From contig CAWBKS010000001.1 of the NCBI GenBank assembly GCA_963789445.1, positions 1,947,846 through 2,011,845 of the forward strand: a DNA stretch of 64,000 nucleotides. Reading direction: 5' to 3'. The first letter of the stretch is position 1. Every line of letters begins with the position of its first letter. Made by a program: the position numbers and the translations under genes. The notes beneath the pieces are model-generated. The model saw nothing but the letters and a program-made list of their open reading frames with translations, was not told the DNA's origin and made no database searches. Source of the stretch: an uncultured Actinomycetes bacterium (GTDB lineage: Bacteria > Actinomycetota > JAICYB01). This document shows positions 40,132 to 50,825 of this stretch, piece after piece.

Positions 40132-42239
40132 CTCAGCGCTTTGAGGGCGTCCTCCAACGTGCTGACACCCACGACATCGAGTCCCGACGACCTCGCGTCA
40201 CGCACCTCGTCCTCGGGGACGAGGAAAAGCTCCGCTCCCGCTCGCTTTGCAGAGATCGCCTTCTCCTCGAGACCTCCCACAGGCCCGACGCGGCCGTCCA
40301 GATCGATGGTGCCGGTAGTGGCCACGTCGCGGCCGTCGGCAACGTTGGCGTCCTTTATCAGGTCGTAGATGGCAAGCGCATAGGCAAGACCGGCGGACGG
40401 GCCTCCGATCTCTCGCTCGCGGAAGGTCACGTCGAAGGGCAGCTCGACGTCGAAGTCACGGGTCTCCAGGAACACGCCCACTCCAGGTGCTCCCTCTACG
40501 ACGCCGGCCCGGCTCTTGAGCGTCACAGTTCGTTCGCGCTTGTCGCGGTCGAACGTGATCTTGAAGCTCGTACCCTGAGGCCGGTTGCGGATAGGGCGGC
40601 CAACATCGTCGGCTAGACGAACGGGTTGTCCGTCCACTTTGGTGATCACATCGCCTTCCTTCAGGACGCGCGCTGCGGGCGCTCCGGGAATGAGTGCGGA
40701 AACGATCGCCCCGGTTCCCTTTATGTCGACCTCCAGTCCGGCCGCTTTCGCGGCGGCCGCGGCGGCGATCCGCTGCGTTTGCTGGAAGAGCGTCCTCTGC
40801 TCTTCGAAATACTGGTCGGCATCGACACCGCGGGGGACGAGGTTCGAGATGGGAGTGATGTCTCTTCCTTGCATGACTGCGAACAAGAATCCGAATCCGG
40901 TCGGTTGCTGAACGGCAACCGATGTCAATAGGAACCCGCCGTCCACAGGGTCGGTCTTCATTCCGCGGATGCTGATGTCTTCGGACACGTCGAAGGACGT
41001 CCCAGGCCGCAGGACGACCACCGGTGGCTGATAGAAAAGTCCGACGGCGATCACAACGGCGGCTATGCCCAGGATCCATAGAAGCGGGCCGCTGCGACGA
41101 CGCGGAGTCGTCACCTCGTCGGTTCCCCGGATTCGCTCGAGATCCATGGCCCGGCCTATGTCCGACGGCGAGATGATCCCGACGAGCCGCCCGTCGTCCA
41201 AAACCGCGGCACGTCCCGGTCCCTTCTGCAAAGCGATGGCGGCCTCGGTCACTTCGCTGTCCGGACGCAATACGACTACCTCATCAGCCGGGAGCATCAC
41301 GTCGCGGACGAAGGTCGTCGGTCTCGCCTCTGCCGGAACGCGGCCCGCCTGACGAAGAGAAACCATTCCCAGTAGCCGCCCATCGCCAACTACCGGATAA
41401 GTGGAATGGCCGCGCATGTGAGCAACGTCGTCGATGAACGAAGTGATGGACAGGTCGGCATCGACCACCTCGGGGTCGGGTGTCATCAGATCTGCGACGT
41501 GGCGCCCACCGAGTGACTGACGGAACTGCGCGTATGCGACCTCGGATTGCGCAGCCTGCATCAGGAACCAGCCGATGAATACGAACCAGATACCGCCGGT
41601 ATTCGCACCCGTAACGAACTGAAGGATCCCAACGACCATCAATCCGATAGCCAGCACTCTGGCCAGTCGCGCAGCGCTCACCGTCGCTGCGCCATAACTT
41701 CCGCCTCGGTGCCAAAGGTAGGAACGAAGCACTCGCCCGCCGTCGAGCGGCAGTGCCGGGATCATGTTGAAGGCAAGCAGGACGAGATTTATTCGGGACA
41801 GGTAGTCGACGACTCCGACGACGGGAACGGCAAGCCCCGCGGCGTCGAACGCGGCTCGAATACCGAGGAACACACCAAAGAGGACGGCCGTAACGGCGGG
41901 GCCGGCGATCGCGATCCGGAACTCGGCCCCCGCCGAAGGAAAGTCGCCTTTGAACTTCGCCACGCCCCCGAAGATCCAGAGCGAGATGCTCTCGATCTCC
42001 ATCCCTTCGCGCTGAGCGCGAAAGGCATGCCCGAGCTCGTGAAGGATGATGCAGCCGAAGAAGAGAACGGCGGTGATGATGCCCATCGCCCAGTACGTGC
42101 TTGAGTCGAGGTCGTGGTAGGTGCGCGGGAAGTAACCGGTCGCGAACGACCACGCGAAGAGCGCGAAGACGAGCAGCCAGGACCAGTTGGCGCCGATCCT
42201 GATCCCCCGGACGCGGAACAGCGTGAAAGAGGATTCCAT
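40128..42239 (-). CDS. Fusion: site-2 protease (M50) + CBS pair + TM + PDZ + Lon-type (S16) protease domain
   Basis: HELGH, AGP, FNMIPALPLDGG; CBS repeats; GAPAARVLKEGDVITKVDG; GGPSAGL and GGLEEK; one continuous ORF. Confidence 0.85.
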   Translation of the reverse strand: MESSFTLFRVRGIRIGANWSWLLVFALFAWSFATGYFPRTYHDLDSSTYWAMGIITAVLFFGCIILHELGHAFRAQREGMEIESISLWIFGGVAKFKGDFPSAGAEFRIAIAGPAVTAVLFGVFLGIRAAFDAAGLAVPVVGVVDYLSRINLVLLAFNMIPALPLDGGRVLRSYLWHRGGSYGAATVSAARLARVLAIGLMVVGILQFVTGANTGGIWFVFIGWFLMQAAQSEVAYAQFRQSLGGRHVADLMTPDPEVVDADLSITSFIDDVAHMRGHSTYPVVGDGRLLGMVSLRQAGRVPAEARPTTFVRDVMLPADEVVVLRPDSEVTEAAIALQKGPGRAAVLDDGRLVGIISPSDIGRAMDLERIRGTDEVTTPRRRSGPLLWILGIAAVVIAVGLFYQPPVVVLRPGTSFDVSEDISIRGMKTDPVDGGFLLTSVAVQQPTGFGFLFAVMQGRDITPISNLVPRGVDADQYFEEQRTLFQQTQRIAAAAAAKAAGLEVDIKGTGAIVSALIPGAPAARVLKEGDVITKVDGQPVRLADDVGRPIRNRPQGTSFKITFDRDKRERTVTLKSRAGVVEGAPGVGVFLETRDFDVELPFDVTFREREIGGPSAGLAYALAIYDLIKDANVADGRDVATTGTIDLDGRVGPVGGLEEKAISAKRAGAELFLVPEDEVRDARSSGLDVVGVSTLEDALKALS

Positions 42240-42276
42240 CAATGTTTCTTATACAAGGCCCGACGGCTGGTGGCGT

Positions 42277-42708
42277 CTAGTCGTCCAGCTCGACGCGCCT
42301 TTCGCGCTTCCGGCGCGAGCGGAGCCGCTTCTCTTGAAGACGGCGCTCCCGCGCCGCCTTGCTCGGCCTGGACGGCCGTCGCTTCGGCGGTGGGGGCTTC
42401 AGAGCATCCGCCATCAGCTTTCGGAATCGCTCTACCACGGCCTCTCGGTTGGCCCCTTGGGTCCGTGACTCCGAGGCAACGATGTGCAGCTTCCCGTCGG
42501 AGTCCAGTCGAGTAGCCAGCCGCTGAAGCGCACGTGATCGCTGGACCGGGCCGAGCGACGGCGAGCCCGCGACGTCGAAGACCAACTCCACCTGCGTCTC
42601 GCGTCGATTGACGTTCTGTCCGCCGGGCCCTCCGGACCTGGAGAACTTGAACGAGATCTCGCGTCCCGGTATGACGCAGGAACGACTGACGCGGACGTCG
42701 TCCGTCAC
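42277..42708 (-). CDS. arfB: Alternative ribosome rescue factor B (peptidyl-tRNA hydrolase)
   Basis: [11 protein letters not shown] and basic C-terminal tail. Confidence 0.9.
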   Translation of the reverse strand: MTDDVRVSRSCVIPGREISFKFSRSGGPGGQNVNRRETQVELVFDVAGSPSLGPVQRSRALQRLATRLDSDGKLHIVASESRTQGANREAVVERFRKLMADALKPPPPKRRPSRPSKAARERRLQEKRLRSRRKRERRVELDD

Positions 42709-42709
42709 G

Positions 42710-44807
42710 CTAAGACGACGCGAGTCGCTGCAGGGCCTCGGCGATGTCGGAGGACTGAGGAAGGATCGCGTCCTCGAGCGTGGGTTCGTATGCCACCCAG
42801 GTGTGCTTGGCTCCCACGCGCATCACCGGGGCATCGAGGTCCCAGAAGCAGTGCTCGGTCACCCAGGCCGAGATCTCGGCCCCCATGCCGAACTCGAGGA
42901 TGTCCTCGTGCACGACGAGCAGCCGTGAAGTCTTGGCCACCGATGCCGCCACCGCTTCCTGATCCCAGGGCCAGAGCGAACGCAGATCGATCACTTCGAC
43001 CGACAAGCCCTGTGACTTCTCGAGCTCCCGCGCGGCCTGCATCGAACGTTGCACGGTCGCGCCGTAAGTGACGAGCGTTATGTCCGTCGCCCGGACTCGC
43101 AACCGCGGCCTTGCCCAGCGGGATCTTGTATTCGGCGGGCGGGAACGGATCGCGGTTGTACATCTGCCGGTACAGGTGCTTGTGCTCGAGGAACAGGACG
43201 GGGTCTTCGCACTCGAACGCGGTGCGAAGAAGCCCCGCGGCGTCTCGCGCGCGTGAAGGCATCACGACGAACAGGCCCGGTGTGTGCGTGAAGATCGACT
43301 CACCCGACTGCGAGTGCCAGATCGAGCCGCCCTGCAAGTAGCCGCCGATCGGTACCCGCAGCACCATCGGCACCTTGAATCCGCCGTTGGAACGCCAGCG
43401 CGTCGTCGCGGCCTCGGTGCGGATCTGCTGCATGGCCGTCCAGATGTAGTCGAAGAACTGGATCTCCGGCGACGGACGCAAGCCTCGGATCCCTTGTCCG
43501 ATCGCTCTGCCGACGATGTTGGCCTCGGCCAGCGGTGTGTTGAAGCAGCGGGCCATCCCGAATTGCCGCGTTAGTCCGTGCGTGATCCCGAACACTCCGC
43601 CCTTGCCCGGGCACGTGCTCGAGCTTCTCGAGCGATGCAGCGTCCGCCACGTCCTCACCGAAGACGCGCACGCGTTCGTCGCGCTCCATCACCTCGTGCA
43701 ACGTCAGACGGATCGCCTCTCCGAACGTGACGACCTCCCCTGTTCCGGCATCGTCCGGTTCGATCACTTCCGGCAGCGGTCCGGTGATGTTCTCGAGCAC
43801 CGTCGCCGGATCGGGACGGCGCGCAGCCAGAGCTTCGTTGGCGGCCTGGACGACGTGAGCCTTGGCATCGTCCCTGATCTGCTTGGCTTCGTCGGGCGAA
43901 AGCATCCCGGCCTGGACGAGCTCGCGCTCCAGCTGGTCGATCGGGTCGTACTCCTGCTCCTCGGCCAGCTCTTCGGCAGGCCTGTACTTGCGCTGATCGT
44001 CGGATAGAGAGTGCGAGTACGGCCTCGTCACGATCGCGTGGATCAGCCCCGGTCCCTCACCGGCGCGCACACGCTCGATCGCCTTCTTTCCCTTCTGCCG
44101 CACCTCGAAGTAGTCGCGTCCGTCCATCTTGTGGATCGCCAGGCCGCGGAAGCCGCGCACGAGCTCGGAAACGGGAGCCGGGTGCTGGTCGTCCGAAGGG
44201 ACGGAGATCGCATAGCCGTTGTCGGCAACGACGAACAGGACGGGCAGGTGCAATGTGCACGCCGTGTTGAGCGCTTCCCAGAACTCGCCTTGCGAGCACG
44301 CCCCTTCCCCGAGCGACACATACGTGAGCTCGTCGCCGTACGCGGTACATCCGGGAAGATCGCGACGGACGATGTACCGCGAGGCTTCGGCACAGCCGAC
44401 CGCCGGTATGCACTTGGCTCCCCGTCGCCGACGACTCGGTGACGACGTTCAGGTCGGGGAAGCTCCAGTGGCACGGCATCTGCCGGCCGCCGACGCCGGG
44501 TCGTCCGCCGAACCGACGGCCTGCAACAGCAACGTCTTCGCGTCGACGCCCATTCCGAGCATGAGCGCACCGTCGCGGTAATAAGGAAAGAACCAGTCGT
44601 AACCGGACGCAGGTATCGCATGAGCCCGAGGTAAAGCGCTTCGTGGCCGGCGCCCGAGATCTGGAAGAACACCTTCGATTGCTGACGCAGGACGATCTCT
44701 CGGTCGTCGATCGCGCGTGAGATGCATGCGAGCCGGAAGTCTTCGATGGCTTCGTCCGCGGAGACCCCGCGGTGCTTGCGAGCGGCCCGAGTCTGAGCCT
44801 TAGCCAT
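42710..44807 (-). CDS. 2-oxoacid dehydrogenase E1 alpha/beta fusion (frameshifted)
   Basis: [19 protein letters not shown]...DNGYAIS, HSLSDD, FNTPLAE, EIQFFDY, FLEHK, EVIDLR. Confidence 0.85.
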
Positions 44808-44861
44808 CGAACTGAGCCTACTGCCGAAAGAGCTACCGCCGAGCGAAGTGAGGCGGCAGCA

Positions 44862-44892
44862 TCTATAGGGTCAGCGGCGCTGACCCTATAGA
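44862..44892 (-). terminator. Perfect 14-bp hairpin, probable terminator
   Basis: TCTATAGGGTCAGC-GGC-GCTGACCCTATAGA immediately after the phosphotransferase stop. Confidence 0.55.
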
Positions 44893-44893
44893 G

Positions 44894-45963
44894 CTACTTG
44901 GGCAGCAGCTCCAGGGCGTCGTTGTCCTCGATGGCCTGCACCGCCCGGTCGGTCATGCCTTGGATCAGCGCGCGATGGCGCTCGTTGGTGATCTCGATCT
45001 GAGCCCGTGGCGACAACCGGATAGATGAAGCACCACGCGACGGTGCGCCGGTAGTCGCGAGTCGAAGTCGTCCTCTGGGTAGTCGATTCCTCGTGCGGCT
45101 ATACCCTCGAGGTACCGATCCCGCAACTCGGTCTCGTGCGCTCGGCGGACTTCGGTATCGAGGCTCTGGCTGATGAAGTAGCCGAGGTCGTATCCGCCGC
45201 GTCCGCGGAAGCAGATCTGCCAATCGACGAGAGTCACTGGAGCCTGATCGTTCTTGCCGAAGAAGACGTTGTCGAGCCGGAAGTCGCCGTGGCAGAAGGT
45301 AACGGGTTCGTCGGCGGCCTCGTCCACGAACCACGGCGACGAGCTCGGGGAACCGATCGCCGAAGTCCCGATAAGCGTCGTCCAGTTGACCGCCTACGAT
45401 CTCGAGCGCGCGGGGCCAGGACTGCTTGAACATCCCGGCCAGCACCTGGGGGAAGGGAGGATCGGAGTAGGAAGGGATCCACGGCATAGCCGAGAAGCGA
45501 TCGCTTGACCACCACGACGCGTGCAGGTCCACCATCGCGTCGATCGCAACGTGGGCATCGGCGAGGACGCAACCCTCCATCTGGTCGCACATGCGCCGGT
45601 CACTTAGGTCTTCGAGGAGCAGTGCGAAGTCTCCCGACTCGGCGTCGTGCTCGGCGAAGTACGCCTTGGGTGTCGCGACGGGCGTGAGCTCTGCCGCCTC
45701 GCTTGTAGAAGCGCACTTCCTTCTAGTAGAAGTTGCAGCGGCTCGACCACGTTCATCCGAGCGCCATCGTCCAGCGTTGGGAACTTCGCGATCACACTGT
45801 CCGGCACGCCGTCTCCGTTCAACTTCAGCCGGTACAGACGGCCGAGCAGTCCAACTCCGATACCGATCTGCTCGATGTCGAAGGAATCGACCGTTCCCCC
45901 GACGTTCTTGGACAGCCACTCAGCGGTCACAGCCTCCGGCCCGCGCGGAAATGCGTCGCCCAT
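44894..45963 (-). CDS. APH/ecdysteroid-kinase-like phosphotransferase (frameshifted)
   Basis: IGIGVG, IAKFP, LLLEDL, HGDFRLDN, VDWQ, DLGYF. Confidence 0.75.
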
Positions 45964-46020
45964 CGTTTCCCCCTCGTTCTTTGGACTGGTCCACCGTATG
46001 CCCGTGCCTATGCTGACGCA

Positions 46021-46617
46021 ATGGCGCTTTTGACCTGGCTCGGCGTTCCCGGCAGCGCGGAGGCTTGGTCGCAACTCGCTTTTGAGGTCGACGGCGATGG
46101 GTTCCAGGTCGGACAGGTTCGATGTCAGACGGCCGGTGATCCCTCGTGGGGGTTCGATGAGCTGCTGGGAGACGCGTCGAAGTTAGGCGTGAAGACGGAA
46201 GCGATCGCCGCAACTCGCGACGGAACGAAGCATCCCAACGGCATCAACATTGTCGACCACATCGTGTACACCGTCCTGGATCTGGACGAAGCAGTCGATG
46301 GGCTGACGCTGACGCTCGGCATGCCGCCGCGCCGTCGTTTTCATCCGCGCGGACCGGAAGGTCCCGAGATGGCCTTCTTCCGCGTGGGCGAGGCCTTCAT
46401 AGAAGTGGTCTCGTCCGGCCGTCCGCCTGAATTGATGGGGATCGCGTTCAGTTCTCCAGACCTCGATGCGACCGTCGAGGCCATCCGCGCAGCCGGGGGC
46501 CCGGTCGGAGATCCGAAGCCGGCCGTGCAAGGAGGACGCATAGCCAGCGTCTGGGGCGGCCACGTCGGTTGGGGCGTTGCGATCATGGAACCCCCGGAGC
46601 GTAAGGAAACGGTCTAG
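46021..46617 (+). CDS. VOC/glyoxalase family protein
   Basis: HPNG, VDHIVYTVLDLD, FFRVGEAFIEVV, KPAVQ. Confidence 0.7.
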   Translation: MALLTWLGVPGSAEAWSQLAFEVDGDGFQVGQVRCQTAGDPSWGFDELLGDASKLGVKTEAIAATRDGTKHPNGINIVDHIVYTVLDLDEAVDGLTLTLGMPPRRRFHPRGPEGPEMAFFRVGEAFIEVVSSGRPPELMGIAFSSPDLDATVEAIRAAGGPVGDPKPAVQGGRIASVWGGHVGWGVAIMEPPERKETV

Positions 46618-47087
46618 CGGCGGCTGCGCTGCATGGGGTTGCGGCCGCGCCACTCGTGGTACTCGGGCACCTTCTCCTTCACGACGTAAAGGAAGATGTA
46701 GCAGCCGGTCTCGCCGAGGAACTTGAACCGCTTGCGCAGGTCCTTGACGAGAGCCTCGTAGGAATCGAACGACCGCAGGTACTTGCGGAAGCCTTTGTGC
46801 TCCGTGTCGAGATCGATCAGCGTTTGCGCGTTATGGACGGTGGCTTCGATCTTCGCCCGGTTGCGTACGATCCGGGTGTCCTTCGCCAACTTGTCGACGT
46901 CGCGCGGAGACAAGCTGGCGACGTGCTCGACATCGAAACCGCGGAATGCTTCGCGGAAGCCGTCCCACTTCGCGTAGATCACGTCCCAGCTGATGCCGGC
47001 TTGAAAGGCCGACTTCGTCATGGCCTCGAGGTAGTCATCGAGCTTCTTCGGCGTCACTTGCGGCGGTGCGCCCTTCTCTCGCGGCAT
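46614..47087 (-). CDS. DNA-3-methyladenine glycosylase I family
   Basis: FQAGISW, FREAF, IVRNRAKIEATVHNA, FKFLG. Confidence 0.8.
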   Translation of the reverse strand: MPREKGAPPQVTPKKLDDYLEAMTKSAFQAGISWDVIYAKWDGFREAFRGFDVEHVASLSPRDVDKLAKDTRIVRNRAKIEATVHNAQTLIDLDTEHKGFRKYLRSFDSYEALVKDLRKRFKFLGETGCYIFLYVVKEKVPEYHEWRGRNPMQRSRR

Positions 47088-47159
47088 CTGGAAACTCCTC
47101 GCTCGCTGGACGATGGTTAGGCTATGCCCTCGTCATCCGGGGACGAAGGGGAGACATCG

Positions 47160-48566
47160 ATGAGCGACGCAGAACTCGCGTTCACGCCGGCTACGGAGCT
47201 GGCCGAGATGATCCGGCTCAAGAAGATCTCGCCGGTCGAGCTGGTCGATCTCTACGCATCCCGCATAGAGCAGTTGAACCCGAAGCTGAATGCCTACCTC
47301 ACACTGACGATCGACCAAGCGCGAGAAGAAGCGAAGCGTGCGGAGGCAGCGGTCAACGGAGACGACCTCCCACCGTTCCACGGCGTGCCGATCTCGATAA
47401 AGGACCTCAACGACACGGCGGGAGTTCGGACCACTCATGGAACGGCTGCGTTCAGCGATCGCATCCCGGACGAGGACGAAGAGGTCGTCGCGCGCATCAA
47501 GAGGGCAGGGTTCATCATGCTCGGCAAAACGAACACACCCGAATTCGGGACGACGCCGTGGACCGAACCGATCGCTTACGGCCCTGCGCGCAACCCCTGG
47601 GACACTGAACGCACTCCGGGCGGATCATCGGGCGGAGCGGCGGCCGCGCTGGCGGCAGGCTTGTGTCCCATCTCGCAGGGTTCCGATGGCGGCGGGTCGA
47701 TCCGCATCCCGTCGTCCGTATGCGGTCTGTTTGGCATCAAGCCTTCTCGTGGACGCGTCTCCGCGGCGCCCGGCCCCCAATCGTTCCTTTCACAGGACGG
47801 ACCGATCGCACGCACGGTCGCAGATGCAGCCGGTCTTCTCGACGCGATCGCCGGATACTCAACCGGTGATGCTTGGTACGCGCCGCCGCCCGAGCGCCCG
47901 TTCGCCGAGGAAGTCGGACGGCCCGTGGAGAACCTGCGCATCGCGTGGTCGACCCGAGCCGAGATGGACACGGTTGTCGCGCCGGGGAACAAGAAGGCCG
48001 TCGAAGAGACGGCCAAGCTGTTGTCGGAACTGGGGCACGACATCGTCGACTCAGACCCACCGACATGGCCGCCGGACCTCATCGACGCGTTCCTGATCAC
48101 GTGGTGCGTCCGAACCGATGCCTACGATCCGATGCCTCCGTTGGAAACGGTCGAACCTTTGAATCGCGCCCTGATCGAAGTGGGACGTGAGTACAACGCG
48201 CCGCAGTTCGAGCGGGCGCAGCGTCTGATCCAAAGAGAAAGCCGCAAGCTCGTTTCGTTCTTCGATGATGTCGATGTGGTCATGACGCCTACGGTTGCGA
48301 TACCACCGCCGAAGGTCGGCGAGTACCACGACCCTGACAACCCGTTGATGGAGTTCCTCGCAGCGGGAAACTTCGTCCCGTTCACACCTGCTTGGAACAC
48401 GACAGGACAGCCCGCCGTTTCGATCCCGCTGCTTTGGGACGAGCACGGTCTGCCCGTCGGTGTGCAGCTCGTTGGGCGCCCGGGGGCCGAGTCGACGCTG
48501 ATCAGATTGTCGGCGCAGCTGGAAGAAGCGCGTCCCTGGATCGACCGGCGTCCGCCGGTTTCCTAA
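47160..48566 (+). CDS. Amidase (amidase signature family)
   Basis: GVPISIKD, GKTNTPEF, GGSSGG, GSDGGGSIRIP. Confidence 0.9.
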   Translation: MSDAELAFTPATELAEMIRLKKISPVELVDLYASRIEQLNPKLNAYLTLTIDQAREEAKRAEAAVNGDDLPPFHGVPISIKDLNDTAGVRTTHGTAAFSDRIPDEDEEVVARIKRAGFIMLGKTNTPEFGTTPWTEPIAYGPARNPWDTERTPGGSSGGAAAALAAGLCPISQGSDGGGSIRIPSSVCGLFGIKPSRGRVSAAPGPQSFLSQDGPIARTVADAAGLLDAIAGYSTGDAWYAPPPERPFAEEVGRPVENLRIAWSTRAEMDTVVAPGNKKAVEETAKLLSELGHDIVDSDPPTWPPDLIDAFLITWCVRTDAYDPMPPLETVEPLNRALIEVGREYNAPQFERAQRLIQRESRKLVSFFDDVDVVMTPTVAIPPPKVGEYHDPDNPLMEFLAAGNFVPFTPAWNTTGQPAVSIPLLWDEHGLPVGVQLVGRPGAESTLIRLSAQLEEARPWIDRRPPVS

Positions 48567-48886
48567 CTTCGACGATGCCCGAGCTGGGAGCGTAGGCGCG
48601 CGAGGCGTTCGTCCCATTGCGCGCCGACCTGGGTCATCCAACCCATCGCGTCGGCGAACGGCCTGGGCGTCAGTTGGAAGACCAAGACTCGGCCGCTACG
48701 CCTCGACGAAACGAGGCCGGCCGAAGCCAGCAAGGCGAGGTGCTTGCTTATCGCCTGCCGCGTTATTGGAAGTCGCTCGGAGAGTTCCGTCGGAGTAGCT
48801 CCGCCCAAAGCCGACAGCTCGGCCACAACCCTGCGCCTCGTCGGGTCCCCGAGCGCATCGAACACCGCGCCCGCGTCGCCTTTCAT
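48563..48886 (-). CDS. ArsR/SmtB family transcriptional regulator
   Basis: VFDALGDPTRR, ITRQAISKHL, WDERL. Confidence 0.85.
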   Translation of the reverse strand: MKGDAGAVFDALGDPTRRRVVAELSALGGATPTELSERLPITRQAISKHLALLASAGLVSSRRSGRVLVFQLTPRPFADAMGWMTQVGAQWDERLARLRSQLGHRRS

Positions 48887-48888
48887 GA

Positions 48889-49251
48889 TCAGACGCCCGC
48901 GCGCGCGAGTGGTCTGAAACCGATCTGCGGAGAGGGCGTGACGGCGGGTTCCACCTGCCGCTCGACGACGCGAACGACCGAACCGTCGGGCACTTCGTCG
49001 ATCTCGATCGAAACGCGGGACGGATCGTCGCCCAGCCACCGGAAGATCAGTCGTCGCGGCGCGTCCGCTTCCTCGACGACGGCTCTGCGCTCCGTCCCGT
49101 CCGGGAAGTGGAAGGTCGCGACCTCGCCCTTCTCCAGATCGCCGTCGACGTCGGCGCCGAACCAGTCCCCGAGCTTGTCCGGTTCGGCGACGGCCGACCA
49201 AACGTCTTCGGCATCGGCGGGCAAGAAGACCTCGCGCTGGACGTCGCTCAC
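48889..49251 (-). CDS. SRPBCC (AHA1/START-like) domain protein
   Basis: DVQREV...EDVWSAV...WFG, PRRLIFRW, SVVRVVE. Confidence 0.75.
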   Translation of the reverse strand: MSDVQREVFLPADAEDVWSAVAEPDKLGDWFGADVDGDLEKGEVATFHFPDGTERRAVVEEADAPRRLIFRWLGDDPSRVSIEIDEVPDGSVVRVVERQVEPAVTPSPQIGFRPLARAGV

Positions 49252-49263
49252 CGGCCAACTATA

Positions 49264-49322
49264 GCGCAACCTAGCAGTTGCGCATCCTCGGATCTCCGCT
49301 AGACTCGCAACCATAGGGTTGC
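49264..49322. promoter_or_regulatory. Two GCAAC-N6-GTTGC operators
   Basis: GCGCAACCTAGCAGTTGCGC (49264) and GCAACCATAGGGTTGC (49307) in the divergent promoter. Confidence 0.65.
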
Positions 49323-49341
49323 ACGTTCCAAGGAGGCTCTT

Positions 49342-50001
49342 ATGGGCGATTTGCTGATCCCGATGGTCGTCGAGCAGGCAGGTAACGTCGAGCGGTCCTT
49401 CGACATCTACTCGCGGCTCCTGCGCGACCGGATCGTTTTCCTCGGCACCCCGTTGGACGACAACGTCGCGAACCTCATCAACGCTCAGCTCTTGATGCTC
49501 GAGCACGAGGACTCGGAGAGGGACATCTCGCTTTACATCAACTCGCCGGGTGGTGCATCGACCGCGCTTTTCGCGGTCTACGACGTCATGCAGTACATCC
49601 GTCCGGACGTTCAGACCATCTGCATGGGCTTCGCCGCGTCGGCCGCCGCCGTCCTTCTCGCCGCCGGGTCGGCGGGTAAGAGATCGGCACTCCCGAACAG
49701 CCGCATCCTCATCCACCAGCCGCACGGCGAGACCGGACACGGACAGGTGAGCGACATCCAGATCCGGGCCAAGGAGATGCTGGAGCAGCGGCAGATGATG
49801 AACGAGATCCTTGCACGGCACACCGGACAAGAAGTCGAGACCATCGCGCGCGACACCGACCGGGACAACATCATGTCGCCGGCCGAGGCCGCGGCCTACG
49901 GACTCATCGACTCGGTCATTGAGCCTCGGAATCTCGATCGTTTGGGCGCATTCGTTCCATCCGTTCCGGCGGAGAAGAACGTCAACGGCGCAAAGCACTG
50001 A
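49342..50001 (+). CDS. clpP: ATP-dependent Clp protease proteolytic subunit (stand-alone paralog)
   Basis: [27 protein letters not shown] (Ser), IHQP (His), DRD (Asp), YGLID. Confidence 0.9.
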   Translation: MGDLLIPMVVEQAGNVERSFDIYSRLLRDRIVFLGTPLDDNVANLINAQLLMLEHEDSERDISLYINSPGGASTALFAVYDVMQYIRPDVQTICMGFAASAAAVLLAAGSAGKRSALPNSRILIHQPHGETGHGQVSDIQIRAKEMLEQRQMMNEILARHTGQEVETIARDTDRDNIMSPAEAAAYGLIDSVIEPRNLDRLGAFVPSVPAEKNVNGAKH

Positions 50002-50026
50002 TGTAGACGGGGGCTATCCTCCCTGG

Positions 50027-50812
50027 ATGGCTTCCAAACAGCCCGTCGGTGCCCACGTCGCACCAGACCAACCACTGAAGATCGCCGAGACCCTGAAGGC
50101 GGACTGCGTCCAGATCTTCTTGTCCGACCCGCAGAGCTTCAAGAAGCCACCGCCGCGTCCGGACGCCGACGAGCTGCGCGATTCCGATATCGCCGTCTAT
50201 ATCCACGCGCCCTACCTGATCAACGTTTGCTCACCGAAGAACAACATCCGGTTCGGCTCCCGAAAGATCCTTCAGGAGACGTGCGATGCAGCAGCCGCCG
50301 TTGGAGCGGCGGCAGTGATCGTGCACGGTGGACACGCCGACGACGATGTGAACGAAGGTTTTGGCAGATGGGTTCGAAGCCTGGAGATGCTGAAGTCCGA
50401 AGTGCCGCTGTTCATCGAAAACACTCCGGGCGGCAAGAACGCCGTCGCCAAACGCTTCGACGACCTAGCACGTTTGTGGGAAGCGATCCACAAAAGGCCG
50501 CCGGACTATCCGATCGGACTGTGCTTCGACACCTGTCACGCTCACGCCGCAGGCGAAGAGCTTTCGGACGCCGTCGAAAGAGTCATCGCGATCACCGGAA
50601 AGATAGACCTCGTCCACGCGAACGATTCGAAGGACGAGGCCGGGCGCGGACGCGATCGTCACACCAACCTCGGCGCGGGAAACATCGATCCCGATGTGAT
50701 GCGCCACATGATCGCTACGGCCAAAGCGCCCGTCGTCTGCGAGACGCCGGGGACGGTCGATGATGTCGCCGACGACATCGCATTCGTTCGTGCTGCGCTT
50801 AAAGGTTCTTAG
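50027..50812 (+). CDS. nfo: Endonuclease IV
   Basis: GAHV, IHAPYLIN, IENT, CFDTCH, HANDS, DRH, CETP. Confidence 0.9.
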   Translation: MASKQPVGAHVAPDQPLKIAETLKADCVQIFLSDPQSFKKPPPRPDADELRDSDIAVYIHAPYLINVCSPKNNIRFGSRKILQETCDAAAAVGAAAVIVHGGHADDDVNEGFGRWVRSLEMLKSEVPLFIENTPGGKNAVAKRFDDLARLWEAIHKRPPDYPIGLCFDTCHAHAAGEELSDAVERVIAITGKIDLVHANDSKDEAGRGRDRHTNLGAGNIDPDVMRHMIATAKAPVVCETPGTVDDVADDIAFVRAALKGS

Positions 50813-50825
50813 ATCTCCGTCGGGA

